A DNA stretch of 64,000 bases from Felis catus (taxonomy: Eukaryota), in the NCBI RefSeq assembly GCF_018350175.1, contig NC_058383.1, positions 11,658,001 to 11,722,000 of the forward strand, given 5' to 3'. Shown here piece by piece: positions 35,286 to 47,789 of this stretch (position 1 is the stretch's first letter; each line of letters opens with the position of its first letter). The notes beneath the pieces are model-generated. The model was not told where the DNA came from. It did not search any database and saw only the letters and a list, made by a program, of their open reading frames with translations. The position numbers were made by a program, and so were the translations under genes.

Positions 35286-35939
35286 GTGTCTTGGTTGAGA
35301 CACGTATTTCACAGGATGTGAGATGAATCTCTGGAAAATGTTGGAGCTTGCCACCTGCAAGACGTTTGGGGTACTGCTAAGAGGGGGAGAGAATGCAGTG
35401 AGCTAAGCTATATTTGAGTCCCTTGCCACCCCGTCCCCAAAATTACGAGGTTTAAAATGGAACTCAGAACAAGAGAACGTTTTCTTGGATGAAGTGCAAA
35501 CGCCTGTGTTCCCTTATAACCTTGAAGGTCCTCACACAGTCTGTGGCAATTAGATAAGAGAAACCAGAGGAGGCTGTGTCCTTTCCATCAATTAACATTT
35601 TGAGAAACCAGCTCTTAACTTGTTAATGGTTCTTGAGTGGACACCGAATTCTCGCCCATGAGGCTCTGAGTGATAATGTGACCTCAATTGCCCATAATGA
35701 ACTAGGTATTAGCTAATCCACTTAGCCGCAAATTAGGCATGTGCAGGAGAGCTGTGACAAGCCTGCCCAGATGCTTCCCTCTCCCGCATTTTTTTTTTTC
35801 TTTTTAGCATCAAGTAGATTATATTCGACAGCCTTTTTTCAGTTAGGTTGGAGCCATGTGGTGGGTTGAAGCCATGTGCGCAGTAAGAAGCAACATGTCA
35901 CCTTCCATGTGTGTCTTTCCCCCGTCCATGGGGCTGGAC

Positions 35940-36126
35940 GTCAAGGAACCCAACATGGCTTCCCGCAGATGGAAGGTACCCGGATGACTGTGACGTTACT
36001 TGCAAGAGAGACCTCTGAACCCGCTTCAGACTGGAATGTGGGTAAGACATACATGTTTACTGCATAAAATACTACTAAGATCTGGGGGCTGTTTACAATA
36101 GCAGCTAGCACTGACTCTCCTGGCCA
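35940..36126 (+). mobile_element. MaLR LTR (MLT1J-like) 3' part
   Basis: actaagatctgggggctgtttacaatagcagctagc. Confidence 0.55.
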
Positions 36127-37164
36127 GCAAAGAGCCTTCATCATCCAGTGGTAGTTAAGACCAAGCCAAGTGGGTCCTCAAGGCAAAGGTCAGTTTCATG
36201 AGCATGTAGTTCACACTCCTGGCACACCTGCTCCTGTCACACTGCCAGCTCCCCACTCCCACACCTGTGGTGGCTTCATGGGGGTCTTTGTTGTGGGAGC
36301 ACCCAATAGCTTTCCAATGAACTCCTTTACGGCTCAAGTTAGCCTGTGTCCTACACCCAAGATCCACTCACCTTCTTCAAATGTTGGTGGGAGGTAGGAG
36401 GTTGTGCAAACCACAGACAAAACCCAAGGAGTCTAGATTCTACCTAGAAAATCAACCGGGTCCTCTGCCCATTCTGAAAACGGGAATCGAATGGAATTAT
36501 ACACACTAAACAGGGCGAATAAGGGAATATTAGGGAATAAGGAACCCAGGGAATAAGCACAGATTCAACGTATCAGACATGGACTCTTTCTGCTATAATC
36601 TGATTATAGAGGGGAAAACAGGTACGGATATTGTCAGTCAGCCTCTCGAGGTCACAGAGCTGGACAATGGCAAATCCAAGACAAAAATCTGGCTCTCTCG
36701 AGTCTCATTTGCTTGCACTGTTTACTGTCAAGGGCACCCGGGGAAGGGGCGGACTCACAGAGGGCATCTTCTGAAGGCTGTGTCACCAAGAAAACACAGT
36801 AGTGATGCTTCCAGGAGGCACCTTGTGAAATAGCGAGACTGAACTGATAAGGCCGGAGAGAGATCATATAAAGCGACTCTGTGGACGTTGCCATCTCCTT
36901 AATCAAGCCGTAATATTTGAATGTTAGCACTTTTCTTTGAACGTATGCCCGCAAATAAAGCGCATTATGTTGAAAATTCCATGGTCTTCTTCCAAAAAGT
37001 CACCTGTGACTCCACGAGAAGTAAATAGCGTATGCCCATCTACAGTTAGAAGTAAATGCCTCTCAACCAGCCTGTGTGCCAATGGGTGAATTGGCTGGTA
37101 CATCTGAACGCCCTGAATTGAAAATGGTAGAACATCTATAGGCACACAGAGTACAGAGTAGTCG

Positions 37165-37335
37165 AGTAATTTAATAAGATCCTAGAATTTCAGGGGTGCG
37201 TAAGACATTAGATGTGATCTTGCTCAATAGCATCATTTAACACGTGGGGAACCGAGGCCCAAGGAAGGTAAATGAATCGGTCACACCTGCCTACTTGATT
37301 GGCGTCAGGTTCATTGCTGGGTTTCAGGCCTTCTT
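37165..37335 (-). mobile_element. MIR/MIR3 fragment
   Basis: catcatttaacacgtggggaaccgaggcccaaggaaggtaaatga. Confidence 0.55.
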
Positions 37336-37359
37336 GCTCAGTCAGGATTCTGCACTGGG

Positions 37360-37660
37360 CAAAGTCCAGGGCTCCTCACGCTTGAATGTTCTTGAGAACC
37401 ACCTGGGGATGTGGTTAAATGTGGGTTTTGAGGCGGTAGAATTGAGCTGTGGCCCAGGATTCTGGATTGAACATGCACCCAGGTGATACTAAGGTTCGTA
37501 TAACCACTCACATTTGGTGGGGAGCTTTACCACGAGCTACCTGAACCCCCACCTGAAGATTCTGATTAATTTGCTCTGCGCTGCGACCTGGACTTTGTTT
37601 TCTTCGATACTACCCAGATGATTTTAGTATGTGACAGAGTCTGAGAAGCACCATGCTAGG
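37360..37660. mobile_element. Two adjacent MER5-like fragments
   Basis: gagaaccacctgggga...gcacccaggtgatacta; ccccacctgaagattctgattaatt...cccagatgatttt..gagtctgagaagcacc. Confidence 0.55.
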
Positions 37661-37679
37661 GTCACCTTATTTTATGTGG

Positions 37680-38260
37680 AAAATAATTGTTTGCAAGGAC
37701 AATGGCCTTTCGCCATTCTCTAATTTTTAGAAAATTTGCACCGTTGTTCTTACCGGTAGAGCTAATTAGAGCTGGTCCAGTGAGGTCATGGTTGGCAAAT
37801 TAATTATCACAAGGTTGGTGAGCAGGTTGACCCCTTGCGGTAAATACAGTTTATGGCTTTGACGGAATCAACGGTTATCTAGACAAATAGAGTCTCCTAC
37901 GATAAACATTCATAGCTGATAAAGGCCATAAATCAACCGTCTTTGGGAATATTAAAACCAACATTTTAATATTCCAGGAAAATCCTACTCTTCTTAACCA
38001 ATGGATTTAAATACTCACCTTTACGGTGACAAGATAGACAATAGGTAGAGATTTAAGGTAAACTTTATGGTGACTTCTGTCAATAGGCACCAAACCTCTG
38101 TAAAATACGTAACAGGTTATTAATTCAATGCTTTGATTTCTCAAAAGCGCTCACATTCCAAAGCTTATTAAATTTCATTAAAATGTTTGCCCCCCAAATC
38201 CTCATGGCTTCTGATTTGAAGTTGAATTTTAACTAAACCTGAATCCAAGGTAATCAGAGA
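37680..38260. promoter_or_regulatory. Candidate enhancer (HOX/PBX/MEIS motif cluster)
   Basis: No repeat recognised; TGATTTATGGCC (minus, 37924-37935), TTTATGG 37850 and 38064, TTTACGG 38020, TGACAG (minus) 38077. Confidence 0.45.
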
Positions 38261-39139
38261 TTCATTTCCATCCTCCTGAGGTCCTTTTTCTTTTTCCATC
38301 ATCACACGATCTCCCTGCACCTTCCAGTATTTGTATCAGTAACACGTTTTCTGGGTATCTTAGTAAAGAATAAATTACAGATTCATCTCCTAGAATTCCC
38401 CGAGACTGTTAAAGATAGCAAGTCAAAAAGGAAATAATTCAATGGGTAAGATGCAGTGTTGTTTGGGACTGGAAGGGAATCTTCTAATCCAATCTTAACT
38501 TGCTGATAAGCAAGAACCTTGGGGAGGCCATTTGCTCCGTGCGTCTGCCTTGGCTACAGAACATCAACCTTGGCGAGCGGATCAAAATCGAGACCCGTAA
38601 ACCTACATCTCTTTGGAGTTACAGATGGCTGATGTTTGGGATGGGCTTTGTATATTGAACTGTATATTGTATAGCGAAACTAGTCCTTCTAAGGACTCTT
38701 CCCCAAAAGGCACACTGCCTTGCAGATTTTTTAAGACCTTGGCAGTAATTGGCCAACTAACAACTTTAGAGGCAAAGCTTGTGCCCTACGAAAGGCGAAA
38801 TGGCTTGGTTTCCCTAGAGCTGGGATCTCCCTAGGAACATGACCCAGAGAGACTAAACTTCCTTTTCTGAGGTACAGCAGGTGCAGTGTGCAGAGTAATG
38901 TCCCCTCCAAAGGTGTCTACACCCAAAGCCCCGGCACCTGTGACTACGTTCGGTTGCAGGGCAAAGGGTACAGATGGCATTAAGGATGCTTATCCGCTGA
39001 CTTTCAAGTGCGAGATTCTCTTGGGTTATCTGGGTGGGTCCAATGTCATCACAAGGGTCCTTACACGTGGAAAAGGGAAACAGAACAAGGGAACCAAAGA
39101 GGTGAAAACATGAGCCGGACTTGGCCTGAGGTTGCCTTC

Positions 39140-39370
39140 TTTTTTTTTTTTAATGTTTATTTATTTTTGAGAGAGGGAGAGAGAGAGAGAGAGAGCATGC
39201 ACGTGAGTGGGGGAGGGGCAGAGAAAGAGGGTGAGAGACAGAATCCCAAGCAGGCTTTGCACTGTCAGCACAGAGCCTGACATGGGGCTCGATCTCATGA
39301 ACCGCGAGATCATGACCTGAGCTGAAATCAAGAGTTGGATGCTTCACTGACTAAGTCAGCCAGGCGCTCC
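39140..39370 (-). mobile_element. Can-SINE in MLT1D
   Basis: TSD aggttgccttc. Confidence 0.96.
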
Positions 39371-39550
39371 AAGGTTGCCTTCTTTGATGATGGGAGCAGG
39401 GGCTATAAGGCCAAAGAATCTGAACAGCCTCTAGAACGGGAATGGATTCTCCCCCCAAAGCCTCCAGAAAGGAATGTAATCCTGACGACACCTTGGTTAT
39501 AACTGGGGAGACCCATGTTGGACTCCTGACCTCAAGACTGGTAAGATAAT

Positions 39551-39752
39551 GGGGCACCGGGGTGGCTCAGTCGGTTAAGCATCCAACTTCAGCTCAGGTC
39601 ATGATCTCGAGGTTCATGGGTTTGAGCCCCGCGTTAGGCTCTGTGCTGACAGTCCGGAGCCTGCTTGGGATCCCGACTCTCTTCCTCTCTCTCTGCCCCT
39701 TCCCTGTTCACGTTCTGTCTCTATTTCTAAAGAATAAACATTAAAAAACAAA
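39551..39752 (+). mobile_element. Can-SINE in MLT1D
   Basis: 17 bp TSD aagactggtaagataat / aagactggtatgataat. Confidence 0.96.
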
Positions 39753-40377
39753 AAGACTGGTATGATAATGAATGGATATTGTTGTAAGCCACCAAGTTGG
39801 TGATGGTTTGTTAGAGCAGCGACAGGAAGGTAATCGGCAGGAAAACTGAATCCTGCCGCTTCTTGAATTTTCCCCGGAGAATTCAAGGAAAATCATCCAC
39901 AGCAACGTTTCTGTTGCTGTTTATGATAGAAAACCCTTCTCGGGAGATCCCGCCTCCTTTGCTGCTGCCTCTTTTCCAAGCTCAGCCTTCTTCGGTGGTT
40001 TGAAGGGATCATCCTCTCCTCTGTGATAACCACGGTCGGTAGCACACGCGTTTACGAGGGCGCTCAGCCCGCGGCGGCCAAATGATTTCCTTCGTGTCTT
40101 TCTTTCTTACTCTGTTAGGAAAGAGACATCCCTTTCCTTCCTGACAGCCAGTGTTGGGCAGCCTCGTGATCATTCTGCCCTTTACATTTGACAGACTGAT
40201 TGAATACCCACAGCGCATCAAATGCATGGCAAGTATTTGGCTATTGTTCGCTGCAGGTAAATTAAGGTAAAATCTCTGGGCCTTTTAGGCAGAACTGTGA
40301 TTGGCTTCGTTCTTGGTGGTGTTCCGTGTCCCTTCTATAGGGAGTCATGGCCCGTTTATCTCAGGGTCCAATCGTGA

Positions 40378-40573
40378 TTTTGTTTTAAATGTTTATTTAT
40401 TTATTTTTGAGAGAAAGAGAGAGAGAGGGAGACCCAGAATCCGAAGCAGGCTCCAGGCTCCGAGCTGTCAGCCCAGAGCCCGACACCCATCACGGGAGTC
40501 AAACCCCCAAACTGTGAGATCGCGACCTGAGCCGAAGTTGGGTGCTTGACCGACTGAGCCACCCAGGCGCCCC
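40378..40573 (-). mobile_element. Can-SINE
   Basis: agaatccgaagcaggctccaggctc...gagccacccaggcgcccc. Confidence 0.94.
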
Positions 40574-40639
40574 CTCAGGGTTGAGTTAGGAGAATCTTGT
40601 CTCACCCAATGGCATGAGGTGAGAGGACAGCCCTGCCAT

Positions 40640-40795
40640 TAAACTGTAGTTATCCCGACTGATCTAGGAATTAGTTCTGTGGTCTTGGGCAGATTATATA
40701 ACCTAGTTGTCAGTTCCCACATCTGTAAAATGGGAATCTTAATAACATGTGGTACAAAGATCTTTTGTAAGAAGCAAATAAGATAATCCAAAAAG
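40640..40795 (+). mobile_element. MIR
   Basis: tcttgggcagattatataacct...tcagttcccacatctgtaaaatgggaatc. Confidence 0.7.
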
Positions 40796-41245
40796 AACTG
40801 AAATACGACTTGGGGTTCTCGTTATTATAACACACTGTTCTTTACTTTTATGGCCTTACTCGTTGAGAAACTTCAATCTGTCGATCTGTTCTTGTGATTT
40901 TTCAGACACTGTATATCTGTGCTCGTGATTTGTTTAAACCCTGCCCCCATTGCTTTTGTCACGTCAGGCTTTTCTTTATTTTGTAATTTAAGAATCATTT
41001 TGCTTTTTATTTGTATTAAAACCTTTATTTCGTCCCCTCCAAATAGTTTCCGTGTGCGACGGTATATAAATGATTCATATGAAAAACATCTATAAAACTG
41101 AAATGCCTATTTCCCTCAGAGGCATCTGGCGAAGATAAAATGAGAGAAGGTATTGAAATTTGTTTTGGAGATAAACCTCCTTTTGCAAACGGCCCAAGTG
41201 CAATCAACAGTTCCGTCAAGTTCATGGATTAAAGAACACGATGCT

Positions 41246-41536
41246 TGTGTTAGTTTGCAAAGGCTGCTGTCACAAAGTGCCACCCACTGAGTGGCTGCGA
41301 AAACAGACATGTCTGGTGTCCCAGTTCTGGAGGCAGGAAGTCTGAGGGGTCTTTTGTGTGTGTTTTTTGGTTTGTTTGCTTTTGTTTTTGTTTTTGTTCG
41401 GTTTCTTCCCGAGGGCAGTGAGGAAGAATGTGTTCCATGATTCTCTCCTAGCTCCTGGTGGTTTTTGCTGACAATCTTGGGCGTTTGGAGTTCCTCAGCT
41501 GGCTGACGCATCACCCCATCTCACGTTCACATGGCC

Positions 41537-41578
<42 letters not shown>

Positions 41579-41768
41579 CTGTCTCTGTGGCCAGCTTTCC
41601 ATTTTTATAAGGATAACAGTCTTTGAGATTAGGGCCCACCCTAAGGACCTCATCATAACTTGATCACTTCTATAAAGACCCCATCTCCGGGGAACATCAC
41701 ATCCTAAGGCACTGGGGTTAAGGACTCCAACATATCTTTCTTGAGGAGACAGCTTTGAACCCCTACCG
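41246..41768 (-). mobile_element. MaLR solo LTR (MLT1B/C-like) with internal (TG)n
   Basis: tgtgttagtttgc..ggctgctgtcacaaagtgccac...gattagggcccaccctaaggacctcatc..aacttgatcac...cactggggttaaggactccaacatatc. Confidence 0.85.
41540..41577 (+). repeat. (TG)n microsatellite
   Basis: Direct reading. Confidence 0.97.
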
Positions 41769-43959
41769 GTGTTTCCGGTTTAGAAATATTCGTAACGTAT
41801 GAGTTAACAGAAAATTTGGCTTCTGCTAAGTTAGCTTTGTGCTCGGCTCTGTTGTGGAAAGAGGGGTAGTCTTTTGACCCTTGGACTCTCAAATAAGTAA
41901 CAGCCACTCTGGGCTCAATGAGGGATGAGAGGGTCTCTGAGCACCTCTCCTGCTGTGACATATGATGTCTCTACGAATAGATTCGGTAGTAACTCACATT
42001 TCTGAAGCACTCCTCAACGTACCCAGCGCTCTCGGGGTATTTCATTCCAATGAGAACCATGTGAGGTGCCCATGATCACCCCTGCTATTTTGGAGGTCCA
42101 GAAAATAAGTCACTTGTCTGTGCTTTCGCTGCTGCCGACTGCCATCCCCCAACACCGCTCCGAACTTTGTGAGGCCAAGGCCTGAAAACGTTTTGGAAAA
42201 TTAACATCTGCATCCTGTCACGATAATTAATGCTGCGATTGAAATTTTATGCAGAGTGGGCCGGAAGATGGCGTCTGACCCAGGGCTTGACACAGAAGAA
42301 CACTTAAAAAAACAAAAACAAAAACAAAAACCCATTCTGCGATCTGCGTAGTGGGCTTGCGAATGCTGAAATATCACATACCACCACCTTTCAGACGTTG
42401 TACGGAAGTGGATCACTTAGGGTTACCAGCAATTATCTCCACTGTGAATGCCACCCCTTGAAGAAAAGGAATTTATTAGGGTCAGTGGATTTAAGCCTTC
42501 AGCGAATTTATTCTCAAGGCTCGAGGAACCCGCTGGTTTGTTTCTACTTGAAAAAAAAAAAAAAGAAGAAGAAAAGGTACAACAAGCTGATGCAACTGTG
42601 AGTGTTTGGGAAACCTGTTTTCAGAGGTCCTACTTCTGATTTTATGAAATCCGTTCTTGTTGGTTTTCCTGCAGGCCAGCTGGGATAAAAATAGGTCAAC
42701 GGCGCAAGGTATTGCATTTTGGCTCTAAAATTAACAATCGTGTCCGTCATAAAATGGCTAGACTCTCTGAGATGCAGGGTCCATGTTAGGCACAAGGTGA
42801 CGTGCAAACATGGGTGATGCGGGCTCTCGAGTCAAGGGGTTAGCGGTCATGGGCGAGGTCAGGTCCCCAGAGAGTGGGATGGAGCATGGGAGCCACCCAC
42901 TCGGGGTGCGGTGGGCTTCTCAAGAAGGGAGAGTTTCCCGTGTGCTTTTGCGGTGGGAACGGAGGTTTCATTCCGTGAGATGCCAATGGAGTGGCTTTTA
43001 AAGGATGGTGGGATTTTCGGATGAGGAGGGAGAGCAAACTTTCATGGAGCTCCTACTGCCTGCTAGCCATCGTGCTAAGGGTCTGGTGTATTACAGGGAC
43101 GGATCTCACATAGCTCCAGAGCTGGGGTATGCTGGGAGAGGCTATGCCCAGGAAACTGGCTCCCTCACCCTCCATAATTACTCAGGACCAGGGGAAGGGA
43201 AGATTGCTGTGTTTCAGTCACCTGCACATGGTTGATAGGCAGGCCAGTAGGTATCTAACTGCCGTCATGAGGTGATCTGATGGGAAGGAGTCCAGGAGGG
43301 TATAACCTTGTGCCCAAGGCATAGAAAGTTCTTCTCATCTGGGAATCCTCACTCAGAGCAAGTGGTATGATCCACAGGTCTGATTCCCATGGGAGTGCTG
43401 GGGTGTGAGACACTGTACCTCCATCCGGAACAAGGGGTGTGCACATCTCTGTGTATCCCCGTATTTTTGTCACTAAAGAAACTTAAATCTGTAACCGATG
43501 GCATCAGTGGACCCCTAGTCAGTCCCATCACTGTCCCATTGTGACAATCACGTCTCTCTCTGATTCATGTTATTCCATCTGAGCAAGAAGAACCCTACCT
43601 ACTCTTGTTGGCCAATAGCCAAAGACAACCGCGAATGTCCCTGCAGTGGACAAAGCTTGATTGATCACTTTCCAAAGCAAAGAGAATCAGAACATGGTGG
43701 GGATGAGGTTCCTCAGAGCGGGATGCTTAGGAAGGGACAGCCAACCATCTCTGGGAACCCATAAGCCCACACCGATTTACCGTCCGTGGCTCTATTCTGG
43801 AACATACAGATATGAGCGAGCAGGTGTTCAACGAGTTTAAGTTGGGATCATTGGTGATGGACACCATGGTTTGGCTTTGGTACAGTTCCATTCACCTGTG
43901 TACTCAGATACTCAGGCTGGGAGATGTTAAGCACTCGCCGGGGACATGTTGACCCTAGG

Positions 43960-44260
43960 TCTAGCAAGGGCATGGCAAATACTGTAGGTTGGTGGCAAGG
44001 TCAGACGGGAAGTGAGCCCGGCAAGGTGGCAAGTCATGATAGAGGACAGCTTTGAATGTCACGCCTGGGAGACTTCATCTTGTTCCACAGGCAATGCCCA
44101 GCCACTGAGGGTGTTTGAGCAGAGGCATGGTTAGGCTGGATGCCAGCGGCACGCGGGTGGTTCCAGGCAACCGAAGAATACAGGGACCAGATGCAGAGGC
44201 TGGTAGAAAACCAATCAATGGACTTGTAGGACATTCCATGAGGCTGTTAAAACTATCCTA
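43960..44260 (-). mobile_element. L2 fragment
   Basis: ggacagctttgaatgtcacgcc...gccactgagggtgtttgagcagagg...atgaggctgttaaaactatcc. Confidence 0.55.
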
Positions 44261-44377
44261 AGGAAGAAAAAAGGACAATGCTAGTAATTCAACATCATCC
44301 TGCCTTTCACATGATTGTTTCTGGTGGTAAATTCTTATCCTTTTCCGTGAAAGTGGTCTGTGATTCTTAATGTTGAT

Positions 44378-44563
44378 GTGGTAGTTCTGAAAGCGAGTTC
44401 CCTAGAGCAGCAGCCTCAGCGGCATCTGGGAACTTTGCAGCTTCCGAGACCCCACGCAGACCTACTGAATCAGATACTCTGGGGGTGGGGCCCGGAGATC
44501 TGCAATTTGACCCCTTTTCCAGGCGTTCCGATGCTTGGCGGCCCAAGTCAGAGAACCCCTCTG
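44378..44563 (+). mobile_element. MER5A-like DNA transposon
   Basis: gcagcagcctcagcggcatctgggaactt...cagacctactgaatcagatactctgggggtggggccc..atctgc. Confidence 0.85.
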
Positions 44564-45967
44564 CTAGGTGAATGTCTGTAAGCCCTGCAGATGTTGGGTA
44601 TGGGCAGATCTTAGCAACTGTTACATTGTTGAAATAAAAGAAAATCCCTCCACACGCTAAAAACTCAGTAGCAATCGCGGCCGGCGTGTTAGTGCTATCC
44701 GTGCATTCCACACTTGGACTTGTTTGGTATTAAAATATCTCTTCCTGTGTCTTTGGAAATATTGAAAGACCCTACGGATAATTAGAATATATCGTTTTAC
44801 AAAATTACAAATCACAGTAAGCTTGTTTTTGGTTTTTTTTTTTTTCCTTTGAGACAAAAGGGAAAGGGAAGGAAGGCACCTGGGGAAATTTCATGCATGT
44901 TAATTGCAGCTTGTAGGTTTCCAGAGACAATGTTTTATTTTGCAACCCTTTCCCGGACTCTTATTAGAAACAGGACATTTTTGTTACTATTTGCTGCCCG
45001 GGGAGTTTTAAAAGAACTGATTTTCTGTCACAAAAGATTGGAATCAATTGCAGTCTTTCTTTCTAGATAGTGCTAAAACATTTATTTAAGAGTTTAGTGG
45101 CTTGCCTGGCCTTATCTGTATTCCGAACTGCTTGTCCAACAAAATAAAATTCATTCATGCCTTTGTTCCTCGTGTTATTGACAAAGCACACACTTTATGT
45201 GACTCAAAGCCGGGATCCTGTCTTCTGGGAAAGCGCCTCTCTAAACTTGTCTCATAGAATTATTTTATTATGCTTTTTTTTCCTTCCCATGCCAACTCCA
45301 GAACACCTCAGTGAGGAAACAAAACGATCTGCAGTGGTGATTTAAAAAAGCCAAAAGGCAAAGATCGGGCGGTGGGGGGCGCTTTGCCTGACCTGGGCTT
45401 GTTCATCAGAATATCGGGGTCGAGAAAACTGTTTTCTGGAACGAAGACCTCCATGTTTTGCTGCTGCTAGAATGCTTAGCTGCTCATTTTCTAGATCATT
45501 TTATCACGTATAGATACAATGGCATTTTGAGTAGATCGGTGTAAAAGGGTAGAGCTTTCTTTCTCAAAGACATTCGTTCCTCGTCGGATGAGAATCACCC
45601 TAGCTTCATTTGTTGTGTATCTACTGCGTGCCGAGAACTTGACCGCTTCAGATCTGGAAAGCAGCCTCACACAGCAAATACGCCCATTTTACAGATTACG
45701 AAACGAAGGGACACTTGTGTAAGAGGGGGTACAGGGTTTGACCCCGACCCTGCCCGGCTCCCAGTGGGCTCTTTCTAACATACGACCCTGGGAAGACACT
45801 GCCCCATGTCGGTAAAGGAAAGCTGGCTGCTGCTCTCCTGCCCGTGTTTGGAACACCACGAGCCTTAGTCACCGTGTGGACGGATCTCAAGGCTTCCTGC
45901 AGGTGACATAGCGGAGGACTCACAGCTGCTGTTCGAAGTCCCTGACTCATCAGCGTGGGCATTCTTA

Positions 45968-46157
45968 TTTATTTATTTTTTTAATGTTTTAAATTTAAAT
46001 GTTTATTTATTTATTTTGAGAGAGAGCGCGTGCTTGTGTGTGCACTGTCAGCACAGAGCCAGTTGCGGGGCTCGAACCCATGAATGGTGAGATCACGACC
46101 CGAGCTGAAATTGAGAGTCAGACACATTATTAACCGACTGAGCTACCCAGGCATCCA
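45968..46157 (-). mobile_element. Can-SINE, internally deleted
   Basis: TSD gtgggcattctta. Confidence 0.93.
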
Positions 46158-46232
46158 CCTAGGTGGGCATTCTTAACAGAAGGCGGAAGAGAATCTTAGA
46201 ATCTCTAGCAAGCTCTGTTAGAAAACAAATCG

Positions 46233-46460
46233 TTTTTTTTTTTTTAATTCTTTTTTTCAACGTTTATTTATTTTTGGGACAGAGAGAGACAGAGCATGAA
46301 CGGGGGAGGGGCAGAGAGAGAGGGACACACAGAATCGGAAACAGGCTCCAGGCTCTGAGCCATCAGCCCAGAGCCTGACGCGGGGCTCAAACTCACGGAC
46401 CGTGAGATCGTGACCTGGCTGAAGTCAGACGCTTAACCGACTGCGCCACCCAGGCGCCCC
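46233..46460 (-). mobile_element. Young felid Can-SINE (SINEC_Fc-like)
   Basis: TSD gaaaacaaatc; diagnostic ctggctgaagtc and gactgcgccaccc. Confidence 0.98.
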
Positions 46461-46664
46461 GAAAACAAATCATTTTTAAAAAAAGTAGTTTATTTTAAAA
46501 ATTGAATTAAGCCATGTATTTGAAACGAAATCCCTGGACAAAAATATTTTTTGCCCTCGTTTGGGATCAAATACCCCGCTCCCATACAAGTAAGTTTTGG
46601 AACCAGAAAATGCAGCCTCATGTACTTACTGATCAGTGTGTGTACTTACGAGTGTGAACGTGCT

Positions 46665-47201
46665 AGCCAGGGACTGAATATTCCTGTCCCTCCCCAATTC
46701 GTATGCTGAAACCCCAGCCCCCGGTGGGATGTATATGGGGGTGGGGCCTTTGGGAGGTCACGGTCACAGTGTGGGGCCCTCCTGAGTGGGATCAGTGCCC
46801 TTAAGAGTAGAGGACTGGAGGGGCGCCTGGGTGGCTCAGCCGGTTAAGCGTCCGACTTCGGCTCAGGTCCTGATCTCGAAGTTTGTGAGTTTGAGCCCCT
46901 CGTCGGGCTCTGTGCTGACAGCTTGGAGCCTGGAGCCTGCTTCAGATTCTGTGTCTCCCTCTCTCTCTGCTCCTCCCCCCCTCATGCTCTCTCTCTCTCC
47001 TTCTAAAGTAAATAAAAACATTAAAAAATTTTTTTAAAAAGAGAGAAAGAGAGGACAGGAGAGTGATGATCTCTCCGCCATGTGCGGAAGAGGCTCCTAT
47101 CTGCTGACAACTTGATCTTGGACTTCTCAGTCTCCGGAACTGTGAGGAATAAACACTGTTGTTCAAACTGGGTCAGTCTGCAGCACAGGCTGATTAAGGC
47201 A
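46665..47201 (+). mobile_element. MLT1A/B-like LTR with a SINE insertion
   Basis: ggactgaatattcctgtccctcccc..aattcgtatgctgaaacc...ttgatcttggacttctcagtctccggaactgtgaggaataaa. Confidence 0.8.
46820..47040 (+). mobile_element. Can-SINE
   Basis: TSD agaggactgga / agaggacagga. Confidence 0.96.
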
Positions 47202-47576
47202 GTGCTCCTGGGACAAAGGATTTAGGATCCCAGATTCCCCGGGAGGACGTAGACTTGCCAGGTCCCTGGAGGAAATCGACTTTCCTGAAAGGGTTTCTGA
47301 AGACCTTTTCAGTGGAAGCAAATTATTAATGGAACAGGTACCCCACACACCGACAGCACGTTATCAGCAGTCTGCTTGTTAAATAATTAAGTGCTATTTA
47401 GAAGTTAAGTGGAGCAAGTGACATCTAGCCAAAGATCTAAATGAGTAGATAAGTCAGAAAGGGGAGGCCAAGCATGTCCCTAAAAGGAAGGGTGGCAGGA
47501 ACCACAACAGTGAGCAGGGGAGAGCTGGCTGACAGAAAGCAGGTCTGGAATTTGGCTGGAATCAGAAAAGCTTTCT

Positions 47577-47789
47577 GGGGCTCCTGGGGGGCTCCGTCAG
47601 TTAAGCACCTGACTCTTGGTTTCAGCTCGGGTTATGATCTCGTGGTTTGTGGTTTCAAGCCCCAAGTAGGGCTCTGTGCTGACAGTGTGGAACCTGCTTG
47701 GGATTCTCTCTCTCCCCCTCTCTCTCTGACCCTCCCCTGCTCCCGTTCTCTCTCTCTCTCTCTCAAAAAAAAAAAAAAAAAAAAAAAAA
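47577..47789 (+). mobile_element. Can-SINE (older subtype) with a long poly-A tail
   Basis: ggggctcctggggggctc head; A-run 47765-47789. Confidence 0.95.

Larger units (their letters stand above)
38882..39836 (+). mobile_element. MLT1D-like solo LTR carrying two SINE insertions
   Basis: aatgtcccctccaaaggtgtc...gggttatctgggtgggtccaatgtcatcacaagggtcctta...gcctccagaaaggaa...taagccaccaagttggtgatggtttgttagagcagc. Confidence 0.88.
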
